Assembly: GCF_963676685.1 (NCBI RefSeq) | Contig: NC_092345.1 | Coordinates: 8,184,001 to 8,248,000 of the forward strand | Length of the DNA: 64,000 nucleotides | Direction of reading: 5' to 3' | Source of the DNA: Mytilus edulis | Taxonomy: Eukaryota | Part shown: positions 12,401 to 51,002 of the stretch, in pieces | Layout: every line of letters begins with the position of its first letter | Numbering within the stretch: the first letter of the stretch is position 1 | Program-made: the position numbers and the translations under genes | Notes under the pieces: generated by a model | What the model saw: the letters and a program-made list of their open reading frames with translations, nothing else | What the model was told of the DNA's origin: nothing | The model's database searches: none

Positions 12401-15400
12401 GCTCTTAATTCAATAATTGTCAAATTCTGAATGTATGTTTAAATCTTCAGCAATAAAAAAAATTCTAAATTCCTATCAATTTGTAAAATTAATGGTGTGA
12501 CTTGAATTAAACTTAGGTTGTAATTATTGTGATGTTCATTGGGCATTACAAACCTTTTTTTCTTCAATTTGTTTTATGGAGAGATATATATATATGTTCC
12601 GGACCATATGAGTATTTGGACCATACGCGTATGGTCATGACATACGCGTATGGTCGGGGTAATTAACACTCTGTTACAGTTTACTTTTAATACTTCTAAA
12701 CTCTTCATATGGTATGACCGTTCATTCAAAAGACGCTATCATATAGGTAATTTTATCGTTATATTATAATAAAAAGATAAGCTAAATAAAAATAAGAAGT
12801 TTCACATTGTTAATTTTACTTAATTGTCAAATTTAAAGTAAACACATTTTATACCGATGGTCATTACCGATGGTCATAACCGATTTGTTATTACGAGTAA
12901 ATGGCAATATGTTGACTAAAAAATTAAATTCCAAAAATTTCTTAATGAACTGTTACATAAGAAGTCACTGGAAAGTAGCATACTATTAGTTTATTTAAGT
13001 TGTGTTGTGAAGATGGTGTATTGCAGTCAACCATTTTACGATATTTGAGATCTAGAGCTTCTTAAAAACACTGTAGACATCAGAATTGCCAAAGACCTCG
13101 GTATCACTGTACGCAGCTGCAAAAAAGGCTTGTTTTTCACTCGCAAACAAAATGTGTAAATGAAAAAGATCGTGCACAAAACTTGCAAAAGCTATGATAC
13201 CGTGTGGAAGTGAATGTCATCCAAGCCTACATGCACTAATGTAACTAGCGATGAAAACTAACTATGGCATCAATATTAAATTTTTACGTAGTTTTTTTTA
13301 TTATAAAATTAAAAAATTGTCATGTTTTAAACCATCACTGTTTTTTTAGATAAAGTTCTTGTATTATTGAAACGTTTATAATGTAATTTGGAAAAATAAA
13401 TATACCTATATATGGTCCAAATACTCATATGGTCCGGCCCGTTAATAACCAAACGAGTATTATACTCATATGGTCCGACCATACGCGTACGGTCGGACCA
13501 TACGCGTATGGTCGGACCATATGAGTATACGCATATGGTCATGACCATACGCGTATGGTCCAAATACTCATATGGTCCGGAACATATATACATATACAGC
13601 TCTTAAATAGAAAAGCTTTATTAAAAAATAATTTTGTTTTCTACTTTCAGTTCCTCAAGTAATAATTCTAGGACCTCCAGCCTCTGGTAAGAAGACAATA
13701 GCCAAACTTTGTTCCAATAAACTAAGAACTGCACACCTGACAGAAGACAATATGGTTGCTGAAGCTGAAACAGACACCAAAGTTAAAGTACAGGAGATGA
13801 TAAAAAAGAGACAGGTATTGCATCACAGACCAGCTGTGTATAAACAAAAGGAGTGTACACTCACTGAAAAAAGTACAATCACAAAACTAAAAAAATAGAC
13901 ACCTCTTTCAGCTTTCAGAATAAATTTTAAAACCACATGCCCAGAGCTCTCAATCTTTGGAAAATTTGAGTTAACTTAGATTATGCTGGCATTTAGAGAT
14001 CATTTTTACAGGCCTGAAAGCATTTTAAAAGCCTAGGTGCTTGGTCTTTTATTAACATGAAGTTCATAGATAGTTTATATTGATGCACCATAGTAAGACT
14101 GTCTTTACAGAACATGTATCTGTGAGAGTTTGAAACAATTCTTGTAATGACATGAAATTGTTCAAATTCATTTTTGCACTGTTTATCACATTTGTTTCTC
14201 AGTTCATAGTAGTAACTTGTTGATGGAAAATTATCAGATACTTTTCCCTGAATCATTATTTTGTGAACTCTTTCAATTCTGTAATCTCAAGATATAGTTA
14301 TCAATAAATCATAAGCAGTCAAACATTTAACCACCATAATACTTTAGATCCTTAGATTCCTACTTATTTTCACAGGTTGTTCCAACAGAAGTATGGGTTA
14401 AGATATTGACTGACAGGATGAAACTGGCTGACTGTATAAAGAAAGGCTGGGTCATGGAAGGATTTCCTCAGACTAGAGAACAAGCTTTAGCACTACAAAC
14501 TGCTGGTGTTTATGCAAAACACACAGGTATGTCAAATATAGAAGAAAAAATCTGCAAGTGGAACACTATAACTGTTCCTCATGTGTACTTGATATGGTAG
14601 GTTGGGGGTGTGGCCCGTGTGGGGAATGTGTTCCAACTTTGTAAAAAAAATCTGAGCATGTTCATATTAGTAGGTTTATTTGATCAGGACTTAATTCTTC
14701 TGTGGTTGCTGGTCTGTTTGATATCCAATGCAGTTCTCAAATCCATTAATGAAATTTATGTAAAAGCCAGATTCTTAATTACATATGTACTTTACTTGGC
14801 AAATATTCATTAGTATTGGAATATCAAAGCACTAACTTGTATATATATATACAAGTAAATTTGTATAAAAAAGATCTGATATGAAATACCATATGAACTG
14901 TAATAAGATTGAAGATTAACATTTTCTCTTAAAATGGCAAATTATTTAAGGAATGACTAATATTTTTTCTGTCTATGAAGAAATAACTTTAAAAATGTGG
15001 TGCACACTGAATAACACGCGTTAAGGGTTATTTACAGTGTGCACCACATTTTTATGTTATTTCGAGTAGACTGACAAAATATTACAGTTATTTCTTATAA
15101 TTCAATTCTAAATTCCATTTTAAACAAACGTAAATCATTAAAAAACTTTGATGATGGTCACATGGCAAAATTGTGTCTAAGATATGATAAACAAAACAAT
15201 GTCAGCCAATCAGAAGACGCGTTACATCTAAAACTAAATTATTATGAAATAACAAAAAATGTGGTGCACACTGAATAACACGCGTCAAGGGTTATTTACA
15301 GTGTGCACCACATTTTTATGTTATTTCGAGTAGACTGACAAAATATTACAGTTATTTCTTATAATTCAATTCTAAATTCCATTTTAAACAAACGTAAATC

Positions 15401-18400
15401 ATTAAAAAACTTTGATGATGGTCACATGGCAAAATTGTGTCTAAGATATGATAAACAAAACAATGTCAGCCAATCAGAAGACGCGTTACATCTAAAACTA
15501 AATTATTATGAAATAACAAAAAATGTTCTAGTAGATGGTATCTTAGAAATATATATGTAAAAAAAAACACGTATCTTGATTACATGCATTACTTAATAAA
15601 TTCCAAACAACTTGTACATGTTTGTATAATGAAAATTTTGTTTATATTTCAGTTATATTAGATGCACCAGACACTGTGTTGATTGAGAGAGCCCAAGGTA
15701 AAAGGATTGATCCAAAGACAGGAGACATTTACCATACTACATTTGATTTACCTACAAATCCTGAGATCCAGGGACGTCTAGAAGAAGTTCCAGGTTACAA
15801 AGAGGAAGAAATGGTACAAAAACTGATAGAATATCATCGCCATATTGATGGAGTGCTAGATTGTTACCAGAAGACAGTTAAAACTATCAATGCTGATCAG
15901 CCTAAAGCTGATGTCTTCTCACAAGGTAAAATATTTAAAAATTGTTTGTATGGTATACAAGATTGGTGAAAGATACCAAATTAAAGAGATAATCAAACTC
16001 ATAAGTAGAGAAGGAGCTGGCAATGCCATGGCAAAAAATAATGAAAACCCACAGGTTTGGTTTATAAGATCCTGATTGGTAATATTGTTAAACCTAATAT
16101 TTACATTGATGAATGTTTCACATTTCTATTGATCTTTTATGGTTTACATAAAAAGTTTTTCACTCAGGACAGTGTTCTCCCCAGAAATTTTGGATAGCAT
16201 CACATTTTGCGTAAAAAAAATAACTGTATTTTTTTTAATGTCGTTTGTCGCGTCGCGTTGATACTCTATTTCCTTTATATGTTTGAGTTTATATTGTTCA
16301 ATTCATAACTGAGAATACAATTAAACTATAACCACAAAAACAGTTGTTTCAGTTTATGTTTTCTTTATTCATTTATTGTTACAGAATTATTTTTTTCCTC
16401 TTGTGCCAAATAAAAATAAATATGTGGTTTCAGTTACCCAACAATGAGTCAAATGAATGAATGGTTCATTATAGATCAACCTGTTTATATACAAAACTAA
16501 ATATCTAGTACACAAAATTAACTATTTTTATATTATATCAAGTAAAGATAAAGTAGCAAAAGTAGCAAAAAAAAATCTATTTAAAAACTTTTTTTATCAT
16601 GTTTATGAAATTCATTGTTTCATGGCACTCAATAAATTAGTCCCAGTTGTTTCTTATCTTTACATCAAAATGATATGTATTTTTAACAAAGTTATCTAAC
16701 AAATAGTCTGTTAATGCGTAGTTTTCTCTCTTGGTATATTTTTTCTGTCTACTGTCCATCTGTTGTCATTATCATGAAAATGCGGATTTTTGTCATATCT
16801 GGTCCGGTTTACACAAGTATGTGCAATGGCGGCCGTAGAAAAATTTACGAAAATGAGTCCGAGAATAAACATTGTTTGACAAGAGATTGTGAATGAATAA
16901 GACGCTTTTAATGCAATAAATGAATTAAACATAGACTTAAGCCAATTATGATAACTTTTTAAAGAAGTATTAAACTTAGTTTAGCTCTAAACCAAAATTC
17001 TCGCTCTCGTATTACCGGAAGAGAAAGAAAGTAATTTTTGGAAAGATGCACAAATAAAGGACCTTTTTTAAAAAAAAATAAAAATCGTTTCAATCTGTGA
17101 AATTTCGTATTACAAAACGTAAATTTCGAAATGTTTTGTGATTGCATTTTTCCATGTCGAAATTGGTGATTGAAGACACGTGGTATTAGTCATGTCACAA
17201 GTGTCAGCTTGGCTTGGGATATTCGCATCCAAACAGTTATCACCCTGAGGGCAATTAACACCTAGCTATTTAATCTCTTATTTGCCTTTAGTGTCCGACT
17301 TAAAGGGATTACAATTAAAGGTGATATAATTTTTATGATCATAATCGATAATAAATGAAAGTTCAAAATTGAGGACAAGTAAAATAGCATCTTCAAAATA
17401 ATTATAGCATCGCGGGAATAATTATAGCGTCGCGGGAATTATTATAGCATCACGGTGAAAAAATATAGCGTCGCGGTACCGCGACGCTAAAACAGCCTGG
17501 GGAGAACACTGCAGGATTTTGAGCTATATCTTTTGCTATATTCCTTTCAATTTTTGTCCAAAAGTGATCTATTTATTATATTACATTGCCAGCATAACAC
17601 TAAACTATAACAGTTTGTAAATTATTAATTCATGATCAAAATTCTTATCCAACATAATAGCATATGCAATTGATTTTTAAATTTTGATTACAGTACATTG
17701 ATAGTACATGTACATTGCAGCTGTAACCTATGTCCAATGGTTATGTATTTTATTTTAAATGGCTTGATTATTTTACTTTATATTTTCAGTATACACATAC
17801 CTATGTAGAAACCCAAGATCTAATGCACCACACACCCCAAGAATTGTGTTACTGGGACCTACAGGTTCAGGGAAAGGTGTCCAAGCAGCTCTCCTGGCCA
17901 ATAAATATAACATTGTTAATGGTATGTATTAGACAGGTTGAACTCGAACAACAGTATTAGTATGACTAACAAGATTGGCCTATTAATATAATTAATAGAT
18001 GTATACATGTTTGTGTGTCTTAGAACATCAGAGTCAATTCAGATGTAAAGGGTACTTACTTAAACTTTCCCATGTATCTTGTAAATAAAAAGATAAATTA
18101 AATCATATCACATATTTCCTTTTATCCTATTAATTTCTTCTTGTTAATGAAACAAACCATGATAGATAAAAAATGTTGCCAGACAAACAATTTACTGTGT
18201 AAAAAGCCTTTGTTATATTTGAACACACCTTTTTCATTTTTCAGTATCATGTGGACAGTTGGTGAAACAATCCATAGCAGATGAAACTGACCAAGGAAAA
18301 GCTTCAATACCTTATGTGGACAAAGATATGATGGGTAAGAAACAAACTTTTTTTGGAATCTTGTATATTTTTTTTACCTCTAAATGTCTAATTTTATGGA

Positions 18401-21082
18401 AAAAATCTCAACTCGATAAAATAACAAAAAATCTGTGTTAAACATATTTGAACACATTGTCAAAATGATAAAAAATGAATAAAAAAAAAGGCTTACTGTA
18501 AGCTGATCATCATTATGAAAAGTCAATAATTGTAAGAAACTCCATCAGAATGCATATTTTGCACCTAAATATTCAGCTTCTTTACTTGCCTTAAAAAACA
18601 AGCTATTTTCCCTTGTAAATTTACAACAGACAAAGATACCTATAGCTATCTTAAGAGCTTTGCCTAGTTATACCATTTGATGAACTTTAGTCCAGCCAAT
18701 CTTGCATAAATTTGACCCTAACCCTGAAGTAATTGCAACAGAAGATTTTAAAGCTTTAATCATTAGCATTATACCCAAAGTATACACAGAAAAAGTCCTA
18801 TAAAATCTTACTTGAGGAAAACTAAAAAAGTCACGATTTTAAAATTCATATAGAGATTTACATTGATATGGGAGATAACTCTGCAAAAAAGGCAGAAATA
18901 TCATTAAAAATTGATACAAAATTATAACTTTACCGCTTGTATTCAACAAAATGTATTGATTCTTGATATTTTCAACAGAGTGTATTGATTCTTGATATTT
19001 TCAACAGAGTGTATTGATTCTTGATATTTTCAACAGAGTGTATTGATTCTTGATATTTTAACCGTCTATAGAGTATAACAAACAACTCTAAAGGTGTTTT
19101 CATATCTTTTATTAAGCTGCTACAATCTATATTTCATAATTCATTAGTTGACAATTAAATTTTTCAGCATGTCAAGGTTAAAGAATCTCAAATTGAATAA
19201 AACTGATTAAGCATATATTCTTCTTTTTGTGGTTTAAAATCTCTTTGAACAAGGTAGATGCCGAACAAATATAATTTACAGATATAAACAATACCAAATA
19301 TTCACATTAATTTTTCAAATTGGTCACAAAGCCATAAATCTGCATTTTTTTAATGAATAATGTGCCAAAAAAAAAAATATACTCATAACACTTCGGATTT
19401 ATACATTTCATGAGCAGAAGATTGTATAATATAGTCAAATACAAACTTATAACCCCATCAAAGTATCATACTTTAGATGAATTTTGGGGAAATCGACCAA
19501 AAACTGACCAAAAAAATATTCATTTATGCAGAGTTATCTCCCTTCCCAATGTTAATTTCCATAAGAAATTGAGAATGCTGATTTTGAGTTTTCCACACTA
19601 AAAATTATGGGACTTTTTCCTGTGTACGTTGGGGGCTTAATGCTATAGGTTATAACTAAAACATTTTCTGTTGCAATTAGTTTGAGGTTCAAACTTAGTT
19701 TGACTGGAATATTATAAAAACATGAACATTACTACACTGAATTGAATACAAACTCAACAAATGTAACAGAAAGAGAAAAACATTTTGATAACAAAAATTC
19801 TGTGTCAAAATTAATTCTTAGAAATAATAGGCTGTTGAGGCATAAATATTGTGATTTTAAAATATTATAAATTACCATACCAATACAATTGAGTTGTCTC
19901 CCCAATGAATTTCTAGAATAGCTAATTCATACCACAAGATTAAATACAATTTAATGTGTTTCTGTGTACATTCTAATATACATGATATAAACATTGTATG
20001 ACTGTATGCATCTTTTTCTTTAAGTTATCTTGTAACTTTATGTATTAAAGAAAAACTTTATTCTTTTAGTGCCAGATACAATTGTACAGAAAATAGTGAG
20101 CAACAGATTGTCCCAGCTGGACTGTGTCAGTAGGGGATGGGTGCTACATGGTTACCCAAGGACCAGAGAACAGGGAGAAATGCTGGCTAAAGAAGGATTT
20201 CTTCCTAACAGGTAAGTACCTAATACTAAAGGAACTGTAAGTTGTACATGCAAATTAAATTGAGAATAGAAATGGGGAATGTGTCAAAGAGACAACCTGA
20301 CCATAGATATCAATGGGTCTTCAACACAGTGAGGAATTGAGCACCCAATGGTGGGGTTCGGCTGTCCACTCAACAAAAATGTGTACAAGTTCAGCAAATA
20401 TGAATATCAAACTAAACTCTGAAACATGTTATCTCATGCCCCAGAAATCCATTAGAGATGCTTACTTTAAAGGACATCATCTCAACAGGTTGTAGAACAA
20501 CAGATATTAAATAAGCTTGACAATATTCAAGTCAAATTTCTAAAGTTATACAGAATGAAACAAAAACAATTTACACAGATAAAATTTCTAATACACATAA
20601 TAATTTATTATACATTAGCTATTTTTTCTACATCACTATACAAATCCAATCCTATCTTATATTTAAATGATTTAAAAAAAAAACCAAAGCAACAACAATA
20701 AATTTGTAGGGTAGAAAAGGTCTCAGTAAATTAAAGTTAATTGTGATATAATTTTTTTTTCAGAGTGTTTTTCCTCAATGTGCCCAATGATTCAGTGATA
20801 GAGAGATTAACATTACGGTCCACTGACCCAATCACAGGAGACAGATATCACAGTCTATACAATCCTCCACGGACACAGGAAGTTAAAGATCGTCTCTCTA
20901 AACATACCAAAGACGAGGAAAGCAAGGTGAAGGCAAGGTTATCACAATATCATGCCTATGTAGAGGAGTTAGCAGACTTATATATACAAGGACAACAAAT
21001 TAATGCTGACCAAGATCCACATACAGTGTTTGAATGTATTGAAAGTATGATCGTTAATCCACTGCCGAAGAAGTTTATGTGA
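9463..21082 (+). CDS. AK8: Adenylate kinase 8 (two tandem AK domains, N-terminal Dpy-30/RIIa-like segment)
   Basis: Exons 9463-9546, 11958-12042, 13651-13814, 14376-14526, 15653-15925, 17790-17921, 18245-18334, 20070-20211, 20764-21082, all GT-AG and phase-compatible. N-terminus [28 protein letters not shown]; two P-loops (GPPASGK, GPTGSGK); two GW(V)xxG(F/Y)P motifs; two LID segments ([18 protein letters not shown]); C-terminus [23 protein letters not shown]. Confidence 0.92.
9776..9895. mobile_element. Short palindromic MITE-like element
   Basis: cacaggcacttgtttctatccaatggaagacccact ... agtgggtcttccaatggatagaaacaagtgcctgtg form an inverted pair. The cacaggcacttgttt termini are shared with the element at 49950-50060. 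Confidence 0.6.
10270..11170 (-). mobile_element. 5'-truncated, frameshifted non-LTR retrotransposon (CR1/L2-group LINE ORF2 C-terminus) in AK8 intron 1
   Basis: Three consecutive frameshifted ORFs (11167-10943, 10946-10707, 10710-10315) with [74 protein letters not shown] and FFTQR...WNSLP. A short repeated 3' tail (gtaagactat) follows. Confidence 0.9.
11597..11810. repeat. ~53-bp AT-rich tandem repeat (3-4 copies)
   Basis: Repeated aaatatggactgtaaatattgaaaaaaagatactaattactattattagta. Confidence 0.85.
12591..13590. mobile_element. ~1-kb non-autonomous DNA transposon (MITE) in a TA run
   Basis: ~50-bp perfect TIRs, tatatgttccggaccatatgagtatttggaccatacgcgtatggtcatga and its reverse complement at ~13538-13590. 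Internal accatacgcgtatggt palindromes; no transposase ORF. Confidence 0.85.
14991..15525. repeat. Near-perfect direct tandem duplication of 264 bp
   Basis: aaaaatgtggtgcacactgaataacacgcg... starts at 14991 and again at 15255. Each copy begins with a hairpin (atgtggtgcacactg...cagtgtgcaccacat). Confidence 0.9.
16170..17511. mobile_element. 1.34-kb non-autonomous TIR element (CAGTG ends, hAT-like)
   Basis: 15-bp perfect TIR cagtgttctccccag / ctggggagaacactg; flanking direct repeat cagga; subterminal tatagcgtcgcgg repeats at ~17400-17480. Confidence 0.8.
18951..19060. repeat. 29-bp tandem repeat (~4 copies)
   Basis: tgtattgattcttgatattttcaacagag repeated. Confidence 0.9.
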
Positions 21083-22250
21083 AAATGAACAATCAAGCAA
21101 TTCTGTGATATTTATTTCGTTGGACCAGTTATCTTACAACTTATGTTTATTAATTAATAAGAGTGTCATCTAGACTTGAATTTTAAAATGATGCATTGTC
21201 ATACTTTATACAGCATGAAATAGTACAGAAAAATGTTTTAAATGCAAGAACAATACTTAAAATATTTTTTAAGCAAAATTTACAAATGACAACATTGTTG
21301 ATACAATATTAGACAATGTGACATCAAAACTTTGTGTATGACTGCCTTTGTGATGATGATTGATCTTGCTTACAAGTGTCCTTTATATTTAAAGCTTTAT
21401 TATGTATGAAGAAACCATAAAGTATGCAGTGGTAAATATTGCATTTATCTCAACAACTATTTAATCAATATATTTTATTATGGTATTTTGAGTTGAGGAT
21501 TCATTTATATGCCGTTTAAAATCCAAAAGGTGGTTTCTTATAAAATTCCAAAAATTGTATGCATCCATGAATTAAGATGATGTTTCTCAATATCATCCAC
21601 ACCACCTCCTTTGTCTTGTGGAAGAGTGCTCACCTTGTGGCAAACCAAAATCTTTTTAATTGGTATTTGCTGCTTCTCTGCCATGCACTCAACAGATTAA
21701 GAACAATGACTGGTTGCCAAGAAACATTATTATGTCCCTTAAAATGATATGTCTGTTTTATGATTGCATCATAACCTAGTGAGCTAGCAATAATCTGTTT
21801 AAATCCATTCAAAACAACAGAAATTTATTCCAAATCAAAATTTAAGATATGCCATGAACATGTTTATTATCTTAAGGTAAAATGTAACGGTGGAACTTTA
21901 TAATTGACAAAATGGCTTCATTTATTTCAACCTCCTGAATGACACTTTTATATTTCTCTCGGAAAAGGTTCAAATCAAAGGTAATATGCCAAATATAGCC
22001 CGCTTGTTTAAATAACTGTATAGGAAGATAATATTTTTGACAAATGTCACACTTCTAGATATAGTAGAAGTTCAACTTTTCCAAATTTCATGAAGCTCTG
22101 ATTAGTTGCTCCTGTGAAAAATGCTACCATATTTTATGGAAAAGATATACCGACAAAAACACTAAAGGATGGAAGGATGTAAATCATTTTAACTACTCCA
22201 AGTATAACTACAAATGACTGATCCAAGAGGTGTTATCACTATGCAATATT

Positions 22251-46790
<24,540 letters not shown>

Positions 46791-47305
46791 CTATAAAAGG
46801 TTAAAAAAAAATTAGTCTTATGATGAAGGTATTGATACTTTCTTTTATTTCAATCATTTGCTCCACTAAAATTCTCCTAAAAATTAAGTTTTTATAAAAT
46901 TGTACTTAGTTGCAAAATTATACCTCTATAATTAATCTTACTGTATTGAATACGTCAAATTCAGTATAAGGGGTATGATAGCCAATGAGAAAACTGTCCA
47001 CCATGATAACCATAGAATAAATAGTCCTTCTCTGAATATTCTGTGCATTGAGTTTGTGTACTTCGATGTTAAATCATAATACAGTTGCCTACTTGTTTCT
47101 TAAGTTAGAATTAAAACTCATTAAATGTTATTATAGTACGTAACACTATTGTTTCAGATAAGGGAGAAGGTTTCCTGCCATTAAAACGATTAATCCCACT
47201 GCAATTGATTGCAACTGTCCTATAAATCAGGAATCTGATGTTCAGTAGTTGATGTTTGATGTTTGTTGATGTGGTTCATAAGTGTTTTTTGTTTCTTGTT
47301 TTTTC

Positions 47306-48296
47306 GAATGCTAGTCAATTCGTTCCAAGTCCGATTCGTTCCAAGCCAGTTCGTTCCAGATTTGGACAATTCGTACCAAGTCAATTGTCAATTCGTTCCA
47401 ACTGATTTATTTCATTATTTATCAGATCAGACTTAACAATGTGTTCCACCTGATTAAGTTCATTATTAAATCAGACTTAACAATTTGTTCCAACTTTTTT
47501 ATAATGTATATGTCCGTATATCACTCACTGTATATGTGTAAATCAACCTACAGTGCACGGCAAAAATCGGCCATTCCTTGTCCATTTTTTTCTGTATATT
47601 TCATCAGAGACATATAATATGTCTCTGATTTCATATAAAAGATCATTTTTCATACTTTGAATGCATTAACAACTGTTATGCGCACATCATAGAAATACAA
47701 AAATCAATTATAATGATAACTAAGTAATTTAAATTGATAGCGCTGAAGGGTTTGGTGGAAAATATCCGACTCGAACAAAAAACCTTCTTAATTCTGACCA
47801 TTTTCAGTTTATGGGTTCTACATCAATTTCATGTATTAATTCAGAGTCAGTTTTATTTAAATGGTTAATATTGTTTATTATTGTATAGCAATATAATATT
47901 TCTCACAGAACGTAACCAAAAGTTAGCGTGCAATAAATTCTAATATTGCACTAGTGCAATAAATCTTCAAAATTCATGACGTCATCAACGTTTAAATCTT
48001 AGTTTAAACCAATTTTTTACTTTCAAATATTATATTGCTATACAATAAAAGGGTTATTGCATGAATATTGGGGAATATTGTCCCTCGTAGAACATATATT
48101 GCACTCGCAAGCTCGTGCAATTTAAAATTCTACTCGGGACAATATTCCCCAATATTCATGCAATAACCCTATAATACTGTTCTTGAATAAGTTGGAACGA
48201 ACTGTCCAGTTTTTGGAAAAGTTGGAACGAACTGACCAAGCAATTTGGGACGAATTTGTTGGTACGAATCAGAGTTGGAACGAATCATCCAGATAC
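47306..48296. mobile_element. Non-autonomous DNA element with reiterated ttcgttccaa / ttggaacgaa subterminal motifs and a nested hairpin (48051-48168)
   Basis: About six ttcgttcca motifs at the left and about five inverse tggaacga motifs at the right. It interrupts the dispersed repeat resuming at 48297. Nested ggttattgcatgaatattggggaatattgtcc ... ggacaatattccccaatattcatgcaataacc. Confidence 0.6.
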
Positions 48297-49479
48297 CGTT
48301 TGTTCATATGGTTTTCCTGTTTGAATGGTTTTACACTAGTAAAATTTTGGGCCCTTTATAGCTTGCTGTTTAGTGTGAGCCAAGGCTCCCTGTTGAAGAC
48401 CATACCTTGACCTATAAATAATGGTTTACTTATATTAATTGTGACTTGGATGGAGAGTTGTCTCATTGGCACGCATACCACATCTTCCTATATCTATATA
48501 CAATATCATTAAACAAATTGCTTCTCTTTGAAAAATTGAACTTTTGCATTGAAAAAAACATGCTCTAAGGCAGTCAGTGAGCCCCATTTCTGGATCTGCC
48601 ACTGCATTGGATATTTGTGTATCCTGCATAATCAAGAGAACACACATGTTTTCTTTCTTACTATCAAATGGAGGTTGTCAAAGTAAAGGATTCAGTGACT
48701 TCTGTAATGTAATAAATAAAATCCATCCTCTGTAAAATATTGTCTAGCCCTGGGCTATGTAAATAAGAAGATGTGATATAGAAGAGGGCAATAATGGTCT
48801 TTACTGTCAGGTGTCGAAAGGTCATTTTCGGCTACTGTTAGTGTCAAACTGGTAATAATTTTACCGTGATTCGTTAAAGTTCTCAAATAATTGTTGTCAC
48901 GGTCATTTTGGAAATAAATTAATGTGATTCATCAAAATGAATTGATTTTTTAAAAGAAAGTGCATTTATTGTTATGCACTACTGTAAAAATACCATGAAC
49001 ATCATTTGGCAAGTATTTGTGTTTTTAAACAAATAAACAAATTACCCTCCAGAGACGTCATATTATTTGGACTAGCTTTAGGCCTGATTTTGTTTCACAA
49101 AAATCATATAGTTATTATGACTAAAAGTTTGTATTCTAAAATCATGAAAATTAATTTTATTTTTTAATAAATTTGACTAAGGATTTTCTAGAAAAAAATC
49201 CTTGAAGAAAACACATAACGAGATACAAAATTATATAAATAGACAAAAGATTCTGGGATGGTTTTTTTTTGTATCTGCCTTAGAGTAGTGAAATATACTT
49301 ATTGCTGATTGTGTGCCTATCTGAGTATCTGTAATCTGAAAATTTAGGACTTGAATTGAATATGATATCAAACTTACAAAGCTGTTCTAACTTATGTATT
49401 AAGTACGTGCATTTCAAGTAAGAAATGCAATCAGAAAAGCTACTGTCACATCTTTAACTAAACGAAACCATTCTGAAGC

Positions 49480-49645
49480 CTTCTCAGTCGACACTGTCTG
49501 TGTCTGTGGCACCGGGTGTTGTGTCAACTTTCACTTTGAAAATTACACCGGTTCCGACTCTAAAAGTATAGTTAATTTTGTACTTCCGGTTAAATAGAAA
49601 GTTGAAGTTCAGCCAGCCTGCAAAAGCTAAGACTAAAAGAGAGGT
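49480..49645. promoter_or_regulatory. Probable bidirectional promoter / first non-coding exons of SKIV2L (-) and WDR6 (+)
   Basis: Locally GC/CpG-enriched patch between the divergent genes, with an ETS/GABP-type acttccggt (49582-49590), ccggttccg (~49548) and a candidate donor agag|gtagat at ~49643. Confidence 0.45.
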
Positions 49646-49949
49646 AGATGGAAGCAACATAAAGTGAAATCATAGACAGAAATAAACACCCATTCTTACC
49701 AATACAATTGCCCAATTTCAACTTGTGACATTTTTTTTAAATAGGCTCCATACAAAGATAAAACCACCTCACACGTGTAAAATTTAAAAAGCAGGCCAAC
49801 ATTGCCAACAACTGTCAACTCTTTGCACATATGAATGCTGAGTTAAATCCACAAAGTAAGTGCAAAAAATTGTCCCACTGGCATAGGAATCATATAGTAT
49901 AGGGGGATAGTAGATTTTAAATACCCAGTGTTCTTCTGTCCTCTGTGCA

Positions 49950-50212
49950 GCAGCACAGGCACTTGTTTCTGTCAATGTGGGGTTTACTATCCATACCAGT
50001 ACAAAAAAAACACTGGTATGGATAGTAAACCCCACATTGACAAACAAGTGCCTGTGTGCAGCAGTCTATATTTCATCTTGGTAGTCTACATCTACATTAG
50101 TCCAAATAATTATGACGTCTTGAAATGCCATTATATTTTTTTTCTTTGATGCCTTACTTCGGTCAGAAAAAAAATATAATAGCCTTTCAAGACGTCATAA
50201 TTATTTGGACTA
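49950..50212. repeat. Two adjacent palindromic MITE-like elements
   Basis: cacaggcacttgttt..tgtcaatgtggggtttactatccataccagt and its inverse (49953-50056); tagtccaaataattatgacgtcttgaaa / tttcaagacgtcataattatttggacta (50098-50212). Confidence 0.7.
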
Positions 50213-51002
50213 CATCTTCATCTACATTTCCCTATGTCGTCACTTGAAAAGGGTAGTGCTCTTGTACAATTCTTGCCTGATTTTTTATTGAACTCATATC
50301 ATAGGTTTATATCAGAAAAGTGATGTCTTGGGCAAGATCCCCCCCCAAAAAAAACCAGTTCCTTGAATGCTGATGTTCCTTAACTAGTCAATATAGTAAC
50401 AATTAAATAAAGGCACCTGTCAAAATAAGCACCCTGAAATGAATAAGAAGATATGGTACGATTGCTAATGATAACTCTCCAGCTGTAGAGTCACAGTATT
50501 GCCTTAAACAATGTGGAAAACCCATACTGCCTACCAAGATAGAAATAGGCCATGAATTTAAATATGTAAAACAATTCAAACCAGAAAACTAATGGTGTGA
50601 TTTATGTACAATCCTCCATAACCTGGGACAGGGGTGTAACAACACAACATAAAACAAATATGTTGAACAAACTATAAATTAACTGTTGATTGATACAATC
50701 TATAGTATACATATCTGGTATAGTTATGTTGGCTCATGGGAATTTCTGGAAATTGGAAAAAATTAAACTGGTTAATAGGATATTTTTAAAGGATGTTAAA
50801 GAAAGGGTTTGGTTGAAAGTAGACTCTTTGGTGATATCTCATCTACTATTTGGTTGATTTGACATATTGCATTCATGCATTGCATTAATTCTAAAAAATA
50901 ATTTTTATTGTTTTTTATTTTCTTTTGCAGTATAATGCTGTTTAGAATCTGTTTGCCTCATATAGGTGTTTCCTGATATAAATATACAAAATTTTGTCTG
51001 CA

